From the IMG/VR virus record IMGVR_UViG_3300031566_000001, positions 32,001 through 96,000 of that record: a stretch of 64,000 nt of DNA; one strand, written 5' to 3'. Positions 54,842 to 64,000 of the stretch are shown in pieces. Numbering within the stretch: position 1 is the stretch's first letter; each line of letters opens with the position of its first letter. The notes beneath the pieces were generated by a model. The model was not told where the DNA came from and ran no database searches. It worked only from the letters and a program-made list of their open reading frames with translations. The DNA is from a virus. The position numbers and the translations under genes were made by a program.

Positions 54842-57262
54842 ATGAGACCACCGGGATTGTACCTCAAACCACCACACGGGGAGCTGTCCTTCACCGGGGT
54901 CAAGACCGCGCTGGCCAAGGCCCGCGACTTCAGTTTTGAGGGGCCTTACACGCTGTGCTCAGGGCCGTTTGCCTATGGTGAGCTAGCGTTGTCCGAGCCG
55001 GAGGTGGTGGGCGTTGAGGAGTTCGATGCCCGGTTCAGCGAGCACAGGGTCTCAGTCAAAGAGCGCCGCAAGTGGTGGCCGGACTCAGAGCAATTGTACC
55101 TGTATGCCTACAACGGTTGGGTGCCCTATGAGTCACCGCAGCGGGTCGATGTACCTGCTCAGGTGCAGACATTGATGGGGCCGGTGGAGTTCGTAAAGGC
55201 CGAAGGAGGGGTGGACATGGGACAGGGAGTAACCATCAACTATCACTATAACACTGATGCGCCAGCGGAGTCGGGCGTTGTTAAAGACTTCAAGTTGCTG
55301 AAGGCCATGGCCGGGGATGGTGAGGCTATCAAGGCACTGACCGGGGACAACAGTGAAGAGACGAAGGTATGGAAGCCCTCGGATGCGCCATCGCACACAG
55401 AAGCGGCGGATACCCCGAAGAAGCGGAACCAGTGGGCCGGGGCGGCCAATGGAGCGCGGGAGACCTGCCTGGACAAGATAGACGGTACGCCCACAAAGGC
55501 ACAAGTCGATGCTTGTGAGGCCAGCGCCATCCGGATAGCCAACGCAGCGGTCAAGAGTGCGGAGATTCAGGATTCCCGTAGCGAGAAGGGTGAGTTGAGC
55601 CTGTCAGATATCCAGAGCATGATGTGGACGGCTTTGTCTCCTAGTGAAGATAGCAAGCCGTACGTTCAGGACATAGACATCTATGACAATTATGTCACGT
55701 ACAAGCTGGAGGGTATGGACTACCTACGCGTCTATACGATTGTGGATGGGAAGCTCCAGATGGGTGAGGCTACTGAGATTGAGTACGTGATACGGCCCAA
55801 AGTAGAGGTATTGGGCAAGGGTTACAAGGCGGAGCTGGTCCAGGAGTTCGATGCTTTGGAACTGGGCGACAAGTCCCTGGGTGATGATGAGAAGGCCGCT
55901 TTGACCTCTGCGCAGCGCAAGGCACTCCCCAACAGTTCCTTCGCCTGGATCGAGACCGGTGAGGGCTGTGAGAAGGTGGACGGCAAGACACCGGAGAAGT
56001 GCCGCCACCTCCCCTACAAGAAGGCGGACGGGAGCCTAGACTGTGCCAGGGTGCGCAATGCCAGGGCCAGAATACCGCAGATGAGCGGTGTGCCCCAGGC
56101 CGCTAAGGACAAGATCGAGGGAGCACAGAAGAAGTGCACCGAGGAGAAGAGTTTACCAGCGTCATTGAGAGCCCAGGCTAACAAGGCACTTGAGGGCATG
56201 GTGGGCCTGTGGAGGGCTGTGACCGGCGATGACAAGCTCTTAGAGGGTGAGACCGGGTTCAAGGCATTTAAGGGTACAGACGGCAAGACCTACATCCTCA
56301 CATGGACCACTAATGCCTTCATGGACCGGGATGGTGAGATATTCACCACCAAGTCCATCGAGGACTACGCGGACCGGGCCTGGCAGGAGATCAAGGCCAC
56401 GGGCAGCAAGGGGCAATATGACTGCTGGCACATACCCGGCAGTGAATTCGCTGACATCACGTGGGCCGGAGCAGAGGGCCGGTACCTGGTGGAGATGGGC
56501 ACCTTCCATGACGATGAGGTGGGGAAGGTGTTTGAGAAATTCTTCACGGAGTGCCCAGAGGCCCAGAAAGAGATTGCCCCTGACGGCTGGGGGGTCTCTC
56601 ATAAGTTCACTTTCAAGCCTGGGGACCGGGACGATGGGGTGTTTGACTGGTTTGACAAGAGCCGTACTTCGGTTCTGTCAATTCGCCGGGCTGCCAATCC
56701 GTACACAGCTATGGAGGTGCTTCAGATGAGTTTGGATGAAGAGCAAATCAACGTACTCAAGACGATTGGTGAGGCCGCGGACGTGGACTTGCTGGGCATG
56801 GTGCAGAAGGCCGGAGCCGCATCCAAGACCCTTGAGGAGGCCGGAGTGGCCCACAAGAGCGCCGATGAGAAGCCTGCGGGGGAGCAGGAGCCAACCAATG
56901 AAGATAGTGATGAGACCGCCGACGTGCCGGTCGATGATGTAGCGCAGCGCGTGGCCGAGATCATGGGTATGAAGGAGCTGAGCGTGTTGCTCCAGAAGTT
57001 TGATGGGCGCCTGACCGCTGTGGAGCAGGGTGACGAGGAACAGAAGAAGCGCCTGGCCGAAGTGGAGAAGGACGATACGGCTAGGTTGAGCGAGAAGCAA
57101 GCCTGGCGGCCAAATGTGGTGTGGCTCCGTCCCTCCACGGCTGACGGCACTCTCCTTGACGAGAGCAAGGATTTAGCCGACAAGAAGCCGATGACTCCCA
57201 AGGCCATTGATCACGTCTCTGATGTGGTATTGGGAAGACCGGCACCGGGAGGTAAGACATAA
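54842..57262 (+). CDS. multidomain prohead protease/scaffold protein
   Basis: Directly upstream of the capsid gene; TNAFMDRDGEIF...WH protease-like segment; acidic/coiled-coil C-terminus. Confidence 0.65.
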   Translation: MRPPGLYLKPPHGELSFTGVKTALAKARDFSFEGPYTLCSGPFAYGELALSEPEVVGVEEFDARFSEHRVSVKERRKWWPDSEQLYLYAYNGWVPYESPQRVDVPAQVQTLMGPVEFVKAEGGVDMGQGVTINYHYNTDAPAESGVVKDFKLLKAMAGDGEAIKALTGDNSEETKVWKPSDAPSHTEAADTPKKRNQWAGAANGARETCLDKIDGTPTKAQVDACEASAIRIANAAVKSAEIQDSRSEKGELSLSDIQSMMWTALSPSEDSKPYVQDIDIYDNYVTYKLEGMDYLRVYTIVDGKLQMGEATEIEYVIRPKVEVLGKGYKAELVQEFDALELGDKSLGDDEKAALTSAQRKALPNSSFAWIETGEGCEKVDGKTPEKCRHLPYKKADGSLDCARVRNARARIPQMSGVPQAAKDKIEGAQKKCTEEKSLPASLRAQANKALEGMVGLWRAVTGDDKLLEGETGFKAFKGTDGKTYILTWTTNAFMDRDGEIFTTKSIEDYADRAWQEIKATGSKGQYDCWHIPGSEFADITWAGAEGRYLVEMGTFHDDEVGKVFEKFFTECPEAQKEIAPDGWGVSHKFTFKPGDRDDGVFDWFDKSRTSVLSIRRAANPYTAMEVLQMSLDEEQINVLKTIGEAADVDLLGMVQKAGAASKTLEEAGVAHKSADEKPAGEQEPTNEDSDETADVPVDDVAQRVAEIMGMKELSVLLQKFDGRLTAVEQGDEEQKKRLAEVEKDDTARLSEKQAWRPNVVWLRPSTADGTLLDESKDLADKKPMTPKAIDHVSDVVLGRPAPGGKT

Positions 57263-58761
57263 TGCCACCGCAACTGAATCAGGATCAAATGGTAACCCTG
57301 GGGCAGGCCATCGCTCAGGGGATGATGAAGGCTGGCCTGGTGCAAGGCCAGAAGTACGCTACAGGGACGCCGACGACCAACTGGATTCATGGCCCTGGTG
57401 GGATCCTCGGTTCGTCAGCCCTGGACCAGCAGATCATCTCTGGGCGCATCACGCCTATGGGCCTCAGCTCAGTGCTCCCGATCAACATGAGCCGGGACAC
57501 GAATCCCGAGTTTGGGTATCTCACGGGCATGACGCCCAGTGGTGAGGCAGAGCCGAGCGGCCCTTGCGCGGACTGCCCAAGCGGCCTCTCTCAGTCGTGC
57601 ATCCAGACCACGCAGTTTGGGCGCGTCTGCCGTGAGACCAAGGAGATGGATATCGACCGGACCATCGAGCGCATCAACCGTGGCGAGATCGACTACCAGC
57701 TCCTCAATGACATCCTGGGCATCGAGCCCGCAGACGTCTTCCGGGCCATCAACCAGCCGGACTACCGGACCGTGCTCAACGTAGCAACGGCCTGGGGTAT
57801 GGTGGAAGTGGGGATGATGTTCCAGGAGGCGCTAACGCCCATGACCTTCCAGGGGAACCCTGTGAACAACACCGCCGGGGGCGGGTACAAGGAGTTTGCG
57901 GGGCTGGACCTGCTCATCAGCACCAACTACGTTGATGCTCACACAGGCGCCAACTGCGGTGCCTTGGACGCCGATGTCAAGACGTTCAACTGGGCGGACG
58001 TGAACTCTGTGGACGCCAATGGCAACTTCGCCATCGTGTCTCAACTGTCCTGGATGGAGGAGTACGTTCACCGCAATGCCAGGCGCATGAAGCTCATGCC
58101 TGCCAGCTGGACGTGGGTGATGCGTGAGGAGCTGTGGTATATGCTCACGGAGATCTGGCCCACCGCCTATTACACCAGCCGGGGCCTGACCGCAGTGCCC
58201 CCTGGTGTCTCTGTGAACGTGGACGGTGTGGACCTGACTCAGCTCCGGGACAACATGCGTGCCGGGATGTTTTTGGACATCAACGGGCGCAGGCACCCCG
58301 TCGTGATAGACGATGGGATAGTGGAGTACAACGAGGAAACCGGCCAGGGCAACCTTGTGGCCGGGGACTTCGCCAGCACGATTTACCTAGTGCCCATCAC
58401 CGTCAGGGGAGGCACGCAGGCCACCTTCTACGAGACGAAGGACTACCGGTTTACGGCGGCGGAGATGGCCGCCAGTCCGGGGGGCATGCTGCAAGACCAG
58501 TTCTGGACGGACGATGGACGGTTCCTGTGGACGCTTGACCGCCAGCTGTGGTGCTACATCCTGGCGGGCAAGATTGAGCCGCGGATCCTCCTGCGGACTC
58601 CCATGCTGTCGGGCAAGCTGGAATACATCAAGTACACGCCCGTACAGCACTTCAGGGACTACGCATCGACGAGCGACTACTTCGTGAAGGGTGGAGTTCC
58701 CTCCAGGCCAGCCCCGAGTTTCTGGGGCACCTGGAACCTGCCTGCAACCTATAGCCGCTAA
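57262..58761 (+). CDS. major capsid protein
   Basis: 499 aa, strong codon bias, GGAGG RBS, FQGNP...EFAGLDLLI HK97-like motif, downstream hairpin. Confidence 0.8.
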   Translation: MPPQLNQDQMVTLGQAIAQGMMKAGLVQGQKYATGTPTTNWIHGPGGILGSSALDQQIISGRITPMGLSSVLPINMSRDTNPEFGYLTGMTPSGEAEPSGPCADCPSGLSQSCIQTTQFGRVCRETKEMDIDRTIERINRGEIDYQLLNDILGIEPADVFRAINQPDYRTVLNVATAWGMVEVGMMFQEALTPMTFQGNPVNNTAGGGYKEFAGLDLLISTNYVDAHTGANCGALDADVKTFNWADVNSVDANGNFAIVSQLSWMEEYVHRNARRMKLMPASWTWVMREELWYMLTEIWPTAYYTSRGLTAVPPGVSVNVDGVDLTQLRDNMRAGMFLDINGRRHPVVIDDGIVEYNEETGQGNLVAGDFASTIYLVPITVRGGTQATFYETKDYRFTAAEMAASPGGMLQDQFWTDDGRFLWTLDRQLWCYILAGKIEPRILLRTPMLSGKLEYIKYTPVQHFRDYASTSDYFVKGGVPSRPAPSFWGTWNLPATYSR

Positions 58762-58773
58762 CGGTGACAAACA

Positions 58774-58796
58774 TGGGGGCGGTTCTTCCGCCCCCA
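58774..58796 (+). terminator. stem-loop after the capsid gene (weak terminator or mRNA stabiliser)
   Basis: TGGGGGCGG-TTCTT-CCGCCCCCA, no U-tract. Confidence 0.55.
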
Positions 58797-58815
58797 CATA
58801 CCCATAGGAGATAGA

Positions 58816-61449
58816 TTGATGCGTGTCCAGATGGTGCCGGGGGAGCGGTTCTTCCGCTCGCATGAGAGCGGCATAAAGCGGGTCGTGGAGGCGTACTGCC
58901 AGTACCTGCCCGAGTTCGGTGTGGAGGTTGTGAACACCGACGAGGGCACAGACTACGATGTCAAAGCGGTACATGCGGGGATGGCCCCGGATTGCGACGT
59001 GGCGCATTTGCACGGGCTGTACTGGACCTCTGACTATGAGGCCCAGGCGTGGGAGTGGAAGGCCAACAGCGGGGTCATTCAGAACCTGCGTGTGGCCAGG
59101 GAGGTCACGGTGCCCTCGGAGTGGGTGGCCATGACTCTCAGGCGGGACCTGCGCATTCAGCCCCATGTGATTCCCCACGGCATAGAGTGGGATGAATGGG
59201 CGCATCACCACGAGGAGAGCGGCGGGTACGTGCTGTGGAACAAGAATAGGGATGCTGACGTGTGCACGCCCTACCCGATGGCAGACCTGGCACGCATGAT
59301 GCCAGAGGTGAAGTTCCTGTCCACGTTTGCGCCGCAGGATGCGCCTGACAATGTGGAGGTCATTGGGCTACAGGAGTACGATGGGATGCGGCTTCTGGTG
59401 CAGGGTGCAGGGGTGTACCTGAGCACGACCAAAGAGACGTTCGGAATCGGCATCCTGGAGGCCATGGCAGCGGGTGTGCCGGTGCTAGGATTTGCGTGGG
59501 GCAACATCGGGAACCTGGTGCAACATCAAGTCAACGGGTGGTTATCTGCACCAGGGGATTTCGATCACTTACGGGAAGGGCTGGAGTACTGCTTACAACA
59601 TCGGGTAAGGATGGGCGAGGCCGGGCGTGAGATGTCCAGGCATTATCACTGGAGGGATGCCTGTGAGCAAGTGGCAGAGGTCTACAGGCTGGCAGGGCAG
59701 GAGCGCCCTGCAGACGTGGCGGTGATCATCCCATCCCACAACTACGCGGACAAGGTAGGAAGGGCCATAGAGAGTGCCCTGGCACAGACCTATGAAGGGC
59801 TTACAGATGTAGTGGTAGTAGATGACGGGAGCGATGACAACACGGGGCAGGTCGTAGTAGAGTATGAAAAAGACAACCGGGTGCGATACATCAAGCAACA
59901 GAATCAGGGTGTGGCGGTGGCCCGGAACAAGGGCATTGCCAGTGTCAACACAAAGTACGTCTGCTGCCTGGATGCGGACGATGCCATCGCACCGGAGTTC
60001 CTGAGCAGGTGCATCGAGCCACTGGAAGCAGACCGGTCATTGGGGCTGTCATTTGCGGGGCTGTGGGCTATGACCCCGGACGGCCAGGCAGCTCAGTCCA
60101 GGTGGCCGGACGGCTACGACTTCGAGCAGCAGATAGCACGGCGCAACCAGGTCCCCACGTGCTGCGTGTTCCGTAGGGAGGCCTGGGAGAGATTGGGCGG
60201 GTATCGGAAAAGGTATTGCCCAGACGGCGCGGGTAGCGAGGATGCGGAGTTCTGGACTCGCATGGGGGCTTACGGCTGGGGCGGGGTACAGGCTACCAAG
60301 GAACCGCTGTTCCTTTACTCCCTAGGTGCGGGCCACGTGACGAAGAAGCTGGGGGAAGGCAATTACCAGGAGCCGGACTGGCTGGCGTGGCACCCGTGGG
60401 TTCAGGATAGACAATTCCCCCTAGCTTGTGTGGCGGAAGTAGAGAGATTCAGCCACCCGGTACGGGCCTACGATACGCCGTGGATCAGCGTGATCGTGCC
60501 CGTGGGTCCAGGGCATGAGGAGATCGTGGTGGACGCACTGGACAGCCTTGAGGCGCAGATGTTCCGCCAATGGGAGTGCGTGCTGGTAAATGACACAGGG
60601 GAGCCGTTGCCGGAGCAGCTACTAAGGGCATATCCCTATGTAACACTGGTGGAGACGCCGGGGTCAAAGGGTGCAGGTTATGCACGGAACAGGGGCGTGG
60701 AGGCAGCCAGGGGTCCCCTGCTTACTTTCCTAGATGCAGACGACTACTTGCAGCCGGGGTTTTTGCAGGCGTGTATAGATGCCAGGCTGCAGACGGGCAA
60801 GTGGGTCTACACGGATTTGTGGTCATCGTGGCCCAACGGCGAGATACACGAGTACCCCGTAGACGACTTCGGCGTGGAGAGCCTGTGGCGGGACGGCCTG
60901 GGGGCGGTAACGCTGGTCACTGATCATGCCGAGTTCCAGGCCGTAGGGGGCTTCGATGAGGAGATGCACACGCGGGAAGATTGGGACTTCCAGCTCAAGC
61001 TGGCCATGGCGGGATTCTGCGGCGTGCGTGTGTCCGCTCCCTTGATGACCTACCGCCTGGCTACGGGGGAGCGCAGGGACCAGCAGGCGAGTGATACCGC
61101 GACTATGCTGAGAGAGAAATACCCACTGGAGGATTTGATGGCAAGATGCGGAGGGTGCGGGCAGGCTCAAGCAATGAGTATAGACCCGCCTCAGAACTGG
61201 AGTACCAAAGAGGCAGCGGGCTTCGAGCGGCTGGAATACACAGGCTCAAACCGGGGCACCTCTACGTTCAGGGGCATAACGGGGCGCAGCTACCGCTTCG
61301 GGAACAACGATGACTCGCGGGTGGGCTTGGTGCACCCTGAGGATGCCCGCAACTTTATCGACGTGAAGCATCTACCTTTCAAGCGTGTACAGACGCTAGT
61401 TCCGGCACAGTCGCTGCCCACAGCGCTGGTGGCCCCGGTTTCAGGGTAG
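58816..61449 (+). CDS. triple glycosyltransferase (GT4 + GT2 + GT2) with a C-terminal extra domain
   Basis: ETFGIGILEAMAAGVPV (GT4); VVVDDGSDD, ARNKGI, LDADD (GT2); LVNDTG, ARNRGV, LDADD, EDWDF (GT2). Confidence 0.9.
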   Translation: MMRVQMVPGERFFRSHESGIKRVVEAYCQYLPEFGVEVVNTDEGTDYDVKAVHAGMAPDCDVAHLHGLYWTSDYEAQAWEWKANSGVIQNLRVAREVTVPSEWVAMTLRRDLRIQPHVIPHGIEWDEWAHHHEESGGYVLWNKNRDADVCTPYPMADLARMMPEVKFLSTFAPQDAPDNVEVIGLQEYDGMRLLVQGAGVYLSTTKETFGIGILEAMAAGVPVLGFAWGNIGNLVQHQVNGWLSAPGDFDHLREGLEYCLQHRVRMGEAGREMSRHYHWRDACEQVAEVYRLAGQERPADVAVIIPSHNYADKVGRAIESALAQTYEGLTDVVVVDDGSDDNTGQVVVEYEKDNRVRYIKQQNQGVAVARNKGIASVNTKYVCCLDADDAIAPEFLSRCIEPLEADRSLGLSFAGLWAMTPDGQAAQSRWPDGYDFEQQIARRNQVPTCCVFRREAWERLGGYRKRYCPDGAGSEDAEFWTRMGAYGWGGVQATKEPLFLYSLGAGHVTKKLGEGNYQEPDWLAWHPWVQDRQFPLACVAEVERFSHPVRAYDTPWISVIVPVGPGHEEIVVDALDSLEAQMFRQWECVLVNDTGEPLPEQLLRAYPYVTLVETPGSKGAGYARNRGVEAARGPLLTFLDADDYLQPGFLQACIDARLQTGKWVYTDLWSSWPNGEIHEYPVDDFGVESLWRDGLGAVTLVTDHAEFQAVGGFDEEMHTREDWDFQLKLAMAGFCGVRVSAPLMTYRLATGERRDQQASDTATMLREKYPLEDLMARCGGCGQAQAMSIDPPQNWSTKEAAGFERLEYTGSNRGTSTFRGITGRSYRFGNNDDSRVGLVHPEDARNFIDVKHLPFKRVQTLVPAQSLPTALVAPVSG

Positions 61450-61455
61450 GGAGAG

Positions 61456-62721
61456 ATGAGTAGGGATACAACACCGACTCTACTGTCACTGGACAGATAC
61501 GCCAAGTGGCTGGGGCTGGACCCTTTGCACTTCGCGGGGGGATACAGTGCGCTCCGGCCCGTGGGCACCTGCAACAGTGTGTGGATGCAGTACGATTGGC
61601 AGAACGCTAGCCATGTGGGCCGACACCAGATGGCAGACCTCATTGCCAAGGCGGAGCAAGACATCGCCCTGCACACGGGGTACTGGCCCGCCCTGGTGTG
61701 GATCTCGGATGAGTGGCACCCGTATCCCAGGCCGCACCGCCGGGAGCTGTACGGGACCGGGCTAACGCGGCGTGGTAACTACAAACCCATGAACCTCAAA
61801 TGGGGCTACACGTGGTACGGGGGGCAGAGGGCAGTAACAGCCATCGACCCGGCCAACGTGACACGGGACGCAGATGTAGACGCTGATGGTGACGGCTTCG
61901 CGGAGTGGGCACAGTTCACCATCATCAATGTAGCGACGGATTTCAACGTGTGTCAGTTGAGGGCGTATTTCAAGGCCTACGCCGCGCTGGACGCAACCAA
62001 CTGCCGAACTGACCCGGCCAGCGCGGGAGCGGACCCGGCCTGGGAAGTGCAGCCCGTAACGGCTACGCTATCAGGCACGACGTTGACGGTATTGATCCCG
62101 ATATGGTGCCTGTTCAAGCCGCAGCTGCAGGAGGCGTTCAACGCGACGGGCATAGATGCGGACGCCCCAGCTAGTTATGTGGACACACTCCTGTTCTACC
62201 GAGAGTACAATGACCCGTCGGAGCAGGTGCAATTCCTGTGGGGCGAGCCGGGTTGCAGGACCGCGGCCTGTGCTGTCAGCATACAAGCAGGTTGTTTTGG
62301 GGTGCAGGACCCCAGGGAGAGCACCGTGGTCCCGCAGCCTGGGGTGTGGGATGCAACTGCTCAATCCTTTACCCTTGCATCGTGGACTGAAGTAAGAGAG
62401 CCTGATTCGGTACGTTTCTGGTACCGGGCAGGATATCAGCCAGAGGTGGCCCCAGGCTGCGATCCGCTGAGCGACTACTGGGCCAACCTGATAGCCATCC
62501 TGGCGACGTCCAGGCTGGAGCGGCCCTTGTGTACGTGCTCAGCGGCCAGGACGAAGGCCGAACTCTGGCGTACAGATGTGACCAGAACCGATGAGGTCAG
62601 TTACCAGTTGGGCATGGACGCGCCAGAGTGCCCTCTGGGGCACCGCAGGGGAGAGGTACACGTGTGGAAGAATATCTCAGGCCGTCCCGGTCTGATTAAG
62701 GGGCAGGCCGTACAGTGGTAG
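61456..62721 (+). CDS. putative head-tail adaptor / head completion protein
   Basis: Position after the capsid module; VRFWYRAGY motif. Confidence 0.55.
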   Translation: MSRDTTPTLLSLDRYAKWLGLDPLHFAGGYSALRPVGTCNSVWMQYDWQNASHVGRHQMADLIAKAEQDIALHTGYWPALVWISDEWHPYPRPHRRELYGTGLTRRGNYKPMNLKWGYTWYGGQRAVTAIDPANVTRDADVDADGDGFAEWAQFTIINVATDFNVCQLRAYFKAYAALDATNCRTDPASAGADPAWEVQPVTATLSGTTLTVLIPIWCLFKPQLQEAFNATGIDADAPASYVDTLLFYREYNDPSEQVQFLWGEPGCRTAACAVSIQAGCFGVQDPRESTVVPQPGVWDATAQSFTLASWTEVREPDSVRFWYRAGYQPEVAPGCDPLSDYWANLIAILATSRLERPLCTCSAARTKAELWRTDVTRTDEVSYQLGMDAPECPLGHRRGEVHVWKNISGRPGLIKGQAVQW

Positions 62722-62731
62722 GAGGTGGAGA

Positions 62732-64000
62732 ATGAGTAACGGCAATGCAACACCAGCACAAAAGGGATTCAGCCGTGTGTTCCTCATCGAGGGGAGGGCA
62801 CGGGGTGACCATGTGCCTGTATACATGGGGTGTATGAGTGCCGGGGGGATAGACTGGTCCTTGGGTACCGTCTCCAAGATCGATTGTCCCAGCGACCGGC
62901 AGTACGATGCGTTTGTGGAGCGGGGGAAGAGCAAGTCGGAATCAGACCGGCCCTCAAGCTCACTGGTGGGTCGGTATGCGGCGGACCTGGAGAGCACGAT
63001 GATTCGGCTGGCCAGGACCGGCTGTGCATTTGACCTGCACTATCATTTTGGGGTGTGCACAGACCCGCAGCTGTTCAACGTCTTCCAGAAGGCCGTTGTA
63101 TGGGAAGATGTTGACATGACCAAATACTCCACGGACCCCCTCGGTGCCTTGGAGGAGGGAGACCGCGGAGCGATAAATGAGACCGGGGAGCTATCCGCCA
63201 GGGAGTTCTACGAGGTGCTCCCCATGGCCTTCGCAGAGGTGGCGGCGGCCATTGTCACCAATGAGATCATGGACGTGGTGGTCTGTGATAGCGTATCATG
63301 CGGGGAGTGCGCGGACCAGTCAGGCGGCTGCGAGAGGGTGTACTCAGTCAGCCTGGCAGCAGGCGGATCACCGGGTACACCTGCTGATGTAGTGTACACG
63401 CTGAACGGCGCGGCAGGGCCTTGGGCCACCAGCGAGATCGACTCACTCGGTGCAACGGAGGACCCGACGGGGCTGGCATGCCTGGCCGGGTACGTGGTGG
63501 TGGTATCAGCAGACTCGTGCTCCCTGCACTACGTACTACAGGCTGATCTGGACACGGTGGGTGACGAGACCTGGGTGGAGAACCTTGTGGGGTTCGTGGA
63601 CAAGGGAACGGGAACCTGCCCCTTGGACATCTGGAGCGTGGGCAACTACGCCTTCATCTCCGCTGAGGGCGGGTATGTGTACGGCACTGCTGACCCGACA
63701 GCGGGTGTGACTATCTTGGAAGCGGGCAACGCGGTGACCAACGCCTTGTGGGCCATCCACGCCATGAACCGGAACGTCTGTGTGGCTGTGGGCAGCGCAG
63801 GCGCAGTGATCCGGACAGGGAACGGTGGGGACACCTGGCAGCACATGAGCGCGCCTGTGGGCCTTGGCACGTCCCTACAATCGGTGTGGGTCAAGACCGA
63901 GACAGAGTGGTGGGTCGGTTCCAGTGACGGGCGGCTGTTTGAGACCTTGGACGGAGGCGATACGTGGAACCTGCGGCAGAACTGGGCCGGGGGTGCCGTC
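62732..64000 (+). CDS. putative major tail protein with a C-terminal Asp-box beta-propeller (runs off the window; not in the ORF track)
   Basis: AGGAGG RBS, open frame MSNGNATPAQKGFSRVFLIEG... to the edge; RTGNGGDTW and ETLDGGDTW BNR repeats. Confidence 0.65.
   Translation, partial: MSNGNATPAQKGFSRVFLIEGRARGDHVPVYMGCMSAGGIDWSLGTVSKIDCPSDRQYDAFVERGKSKSESDRPSSSLVGRYAADLESTMIRLARTGCAFDLHYHFGVCTDPQLFNVFQKAVVWEDVDMTKYSTDPLGALEEGDRGAINETGELSAREFYEVLPMAFAEVAAAIVTNEIMDVVVCDSVSCGECADQSGGCERVYSVSLAAGGSPGTPADVVYTLNGAAGPWATSEIDSLGATEDPTGLACLAGYVVVVSADSCSLHYVLQADLDTVGDETWVENLVGFVDKGTGTCPLDIWSVGNYAFISAEGGYVYGTADPTAGVTILEAGNAVTNALWAIHAMNRNVCVAVGSAGAVIRTGNGGDTWQHMSAPVGLGTSLQSVWVKTETEWWVGSSDGRLFETLDGGDTWNLRQNWAGGAV

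Noticed and set aside
1-64000. Prophage boundaries, integrase/att sites and a firm host assignment (gene style suggested Chloroflexota)
   Set aside because: No integrase or host housekeeping genes are visible, and the host impression cannot be supported without searches.

Overview
This window is a contiguous ~60% GC segment of a tailed dsDNA phage or prophage, with essentially all credible genes on the + strand. The order is: lysis (amidase, holin-like; ~0.5-1.4 kb); an ~18.5 kb glycan-building and modifying island (GDP-fucose synthase, GT10, GT47, GT8-like, sulfotransferases, SAM methyltransferases, radical SAM) with two DNA methyltransferases and small inserted ORFs; an early region behind a consensus sigma70 promoter (MoxR-like AAA, Gp37/68, VWA-peptidase); a solo intact TnpB followed 60 bp later by a 3-repeat, 2-spacer CRISPR-like mini-array; replication/recombination genes (DnaB, Gam-like, DnaC-like, PD-(D/E)XK nuclease, RuvC-like); and packaging/head genes (TerS, TerL, portal, protease/scaffold, major capsid) followed by a triple glycosyltransferase, a head-tail protein and the start of a tail protein. 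The best candidates for new biology are (1) the TnpB + mini-CRISPR unit with a pseudoknotted 5' leader, (2) a phage-encoded glycosylation/sulfation/methylation system apparently tied to the virion, and (3) a genome-wide bipartite palindromic operator linked to 19-bp-spacer promoters. All calls come from manual motif recognition; no database searches were run. No integrase, cas genes, tRNA or rRNA were seen.
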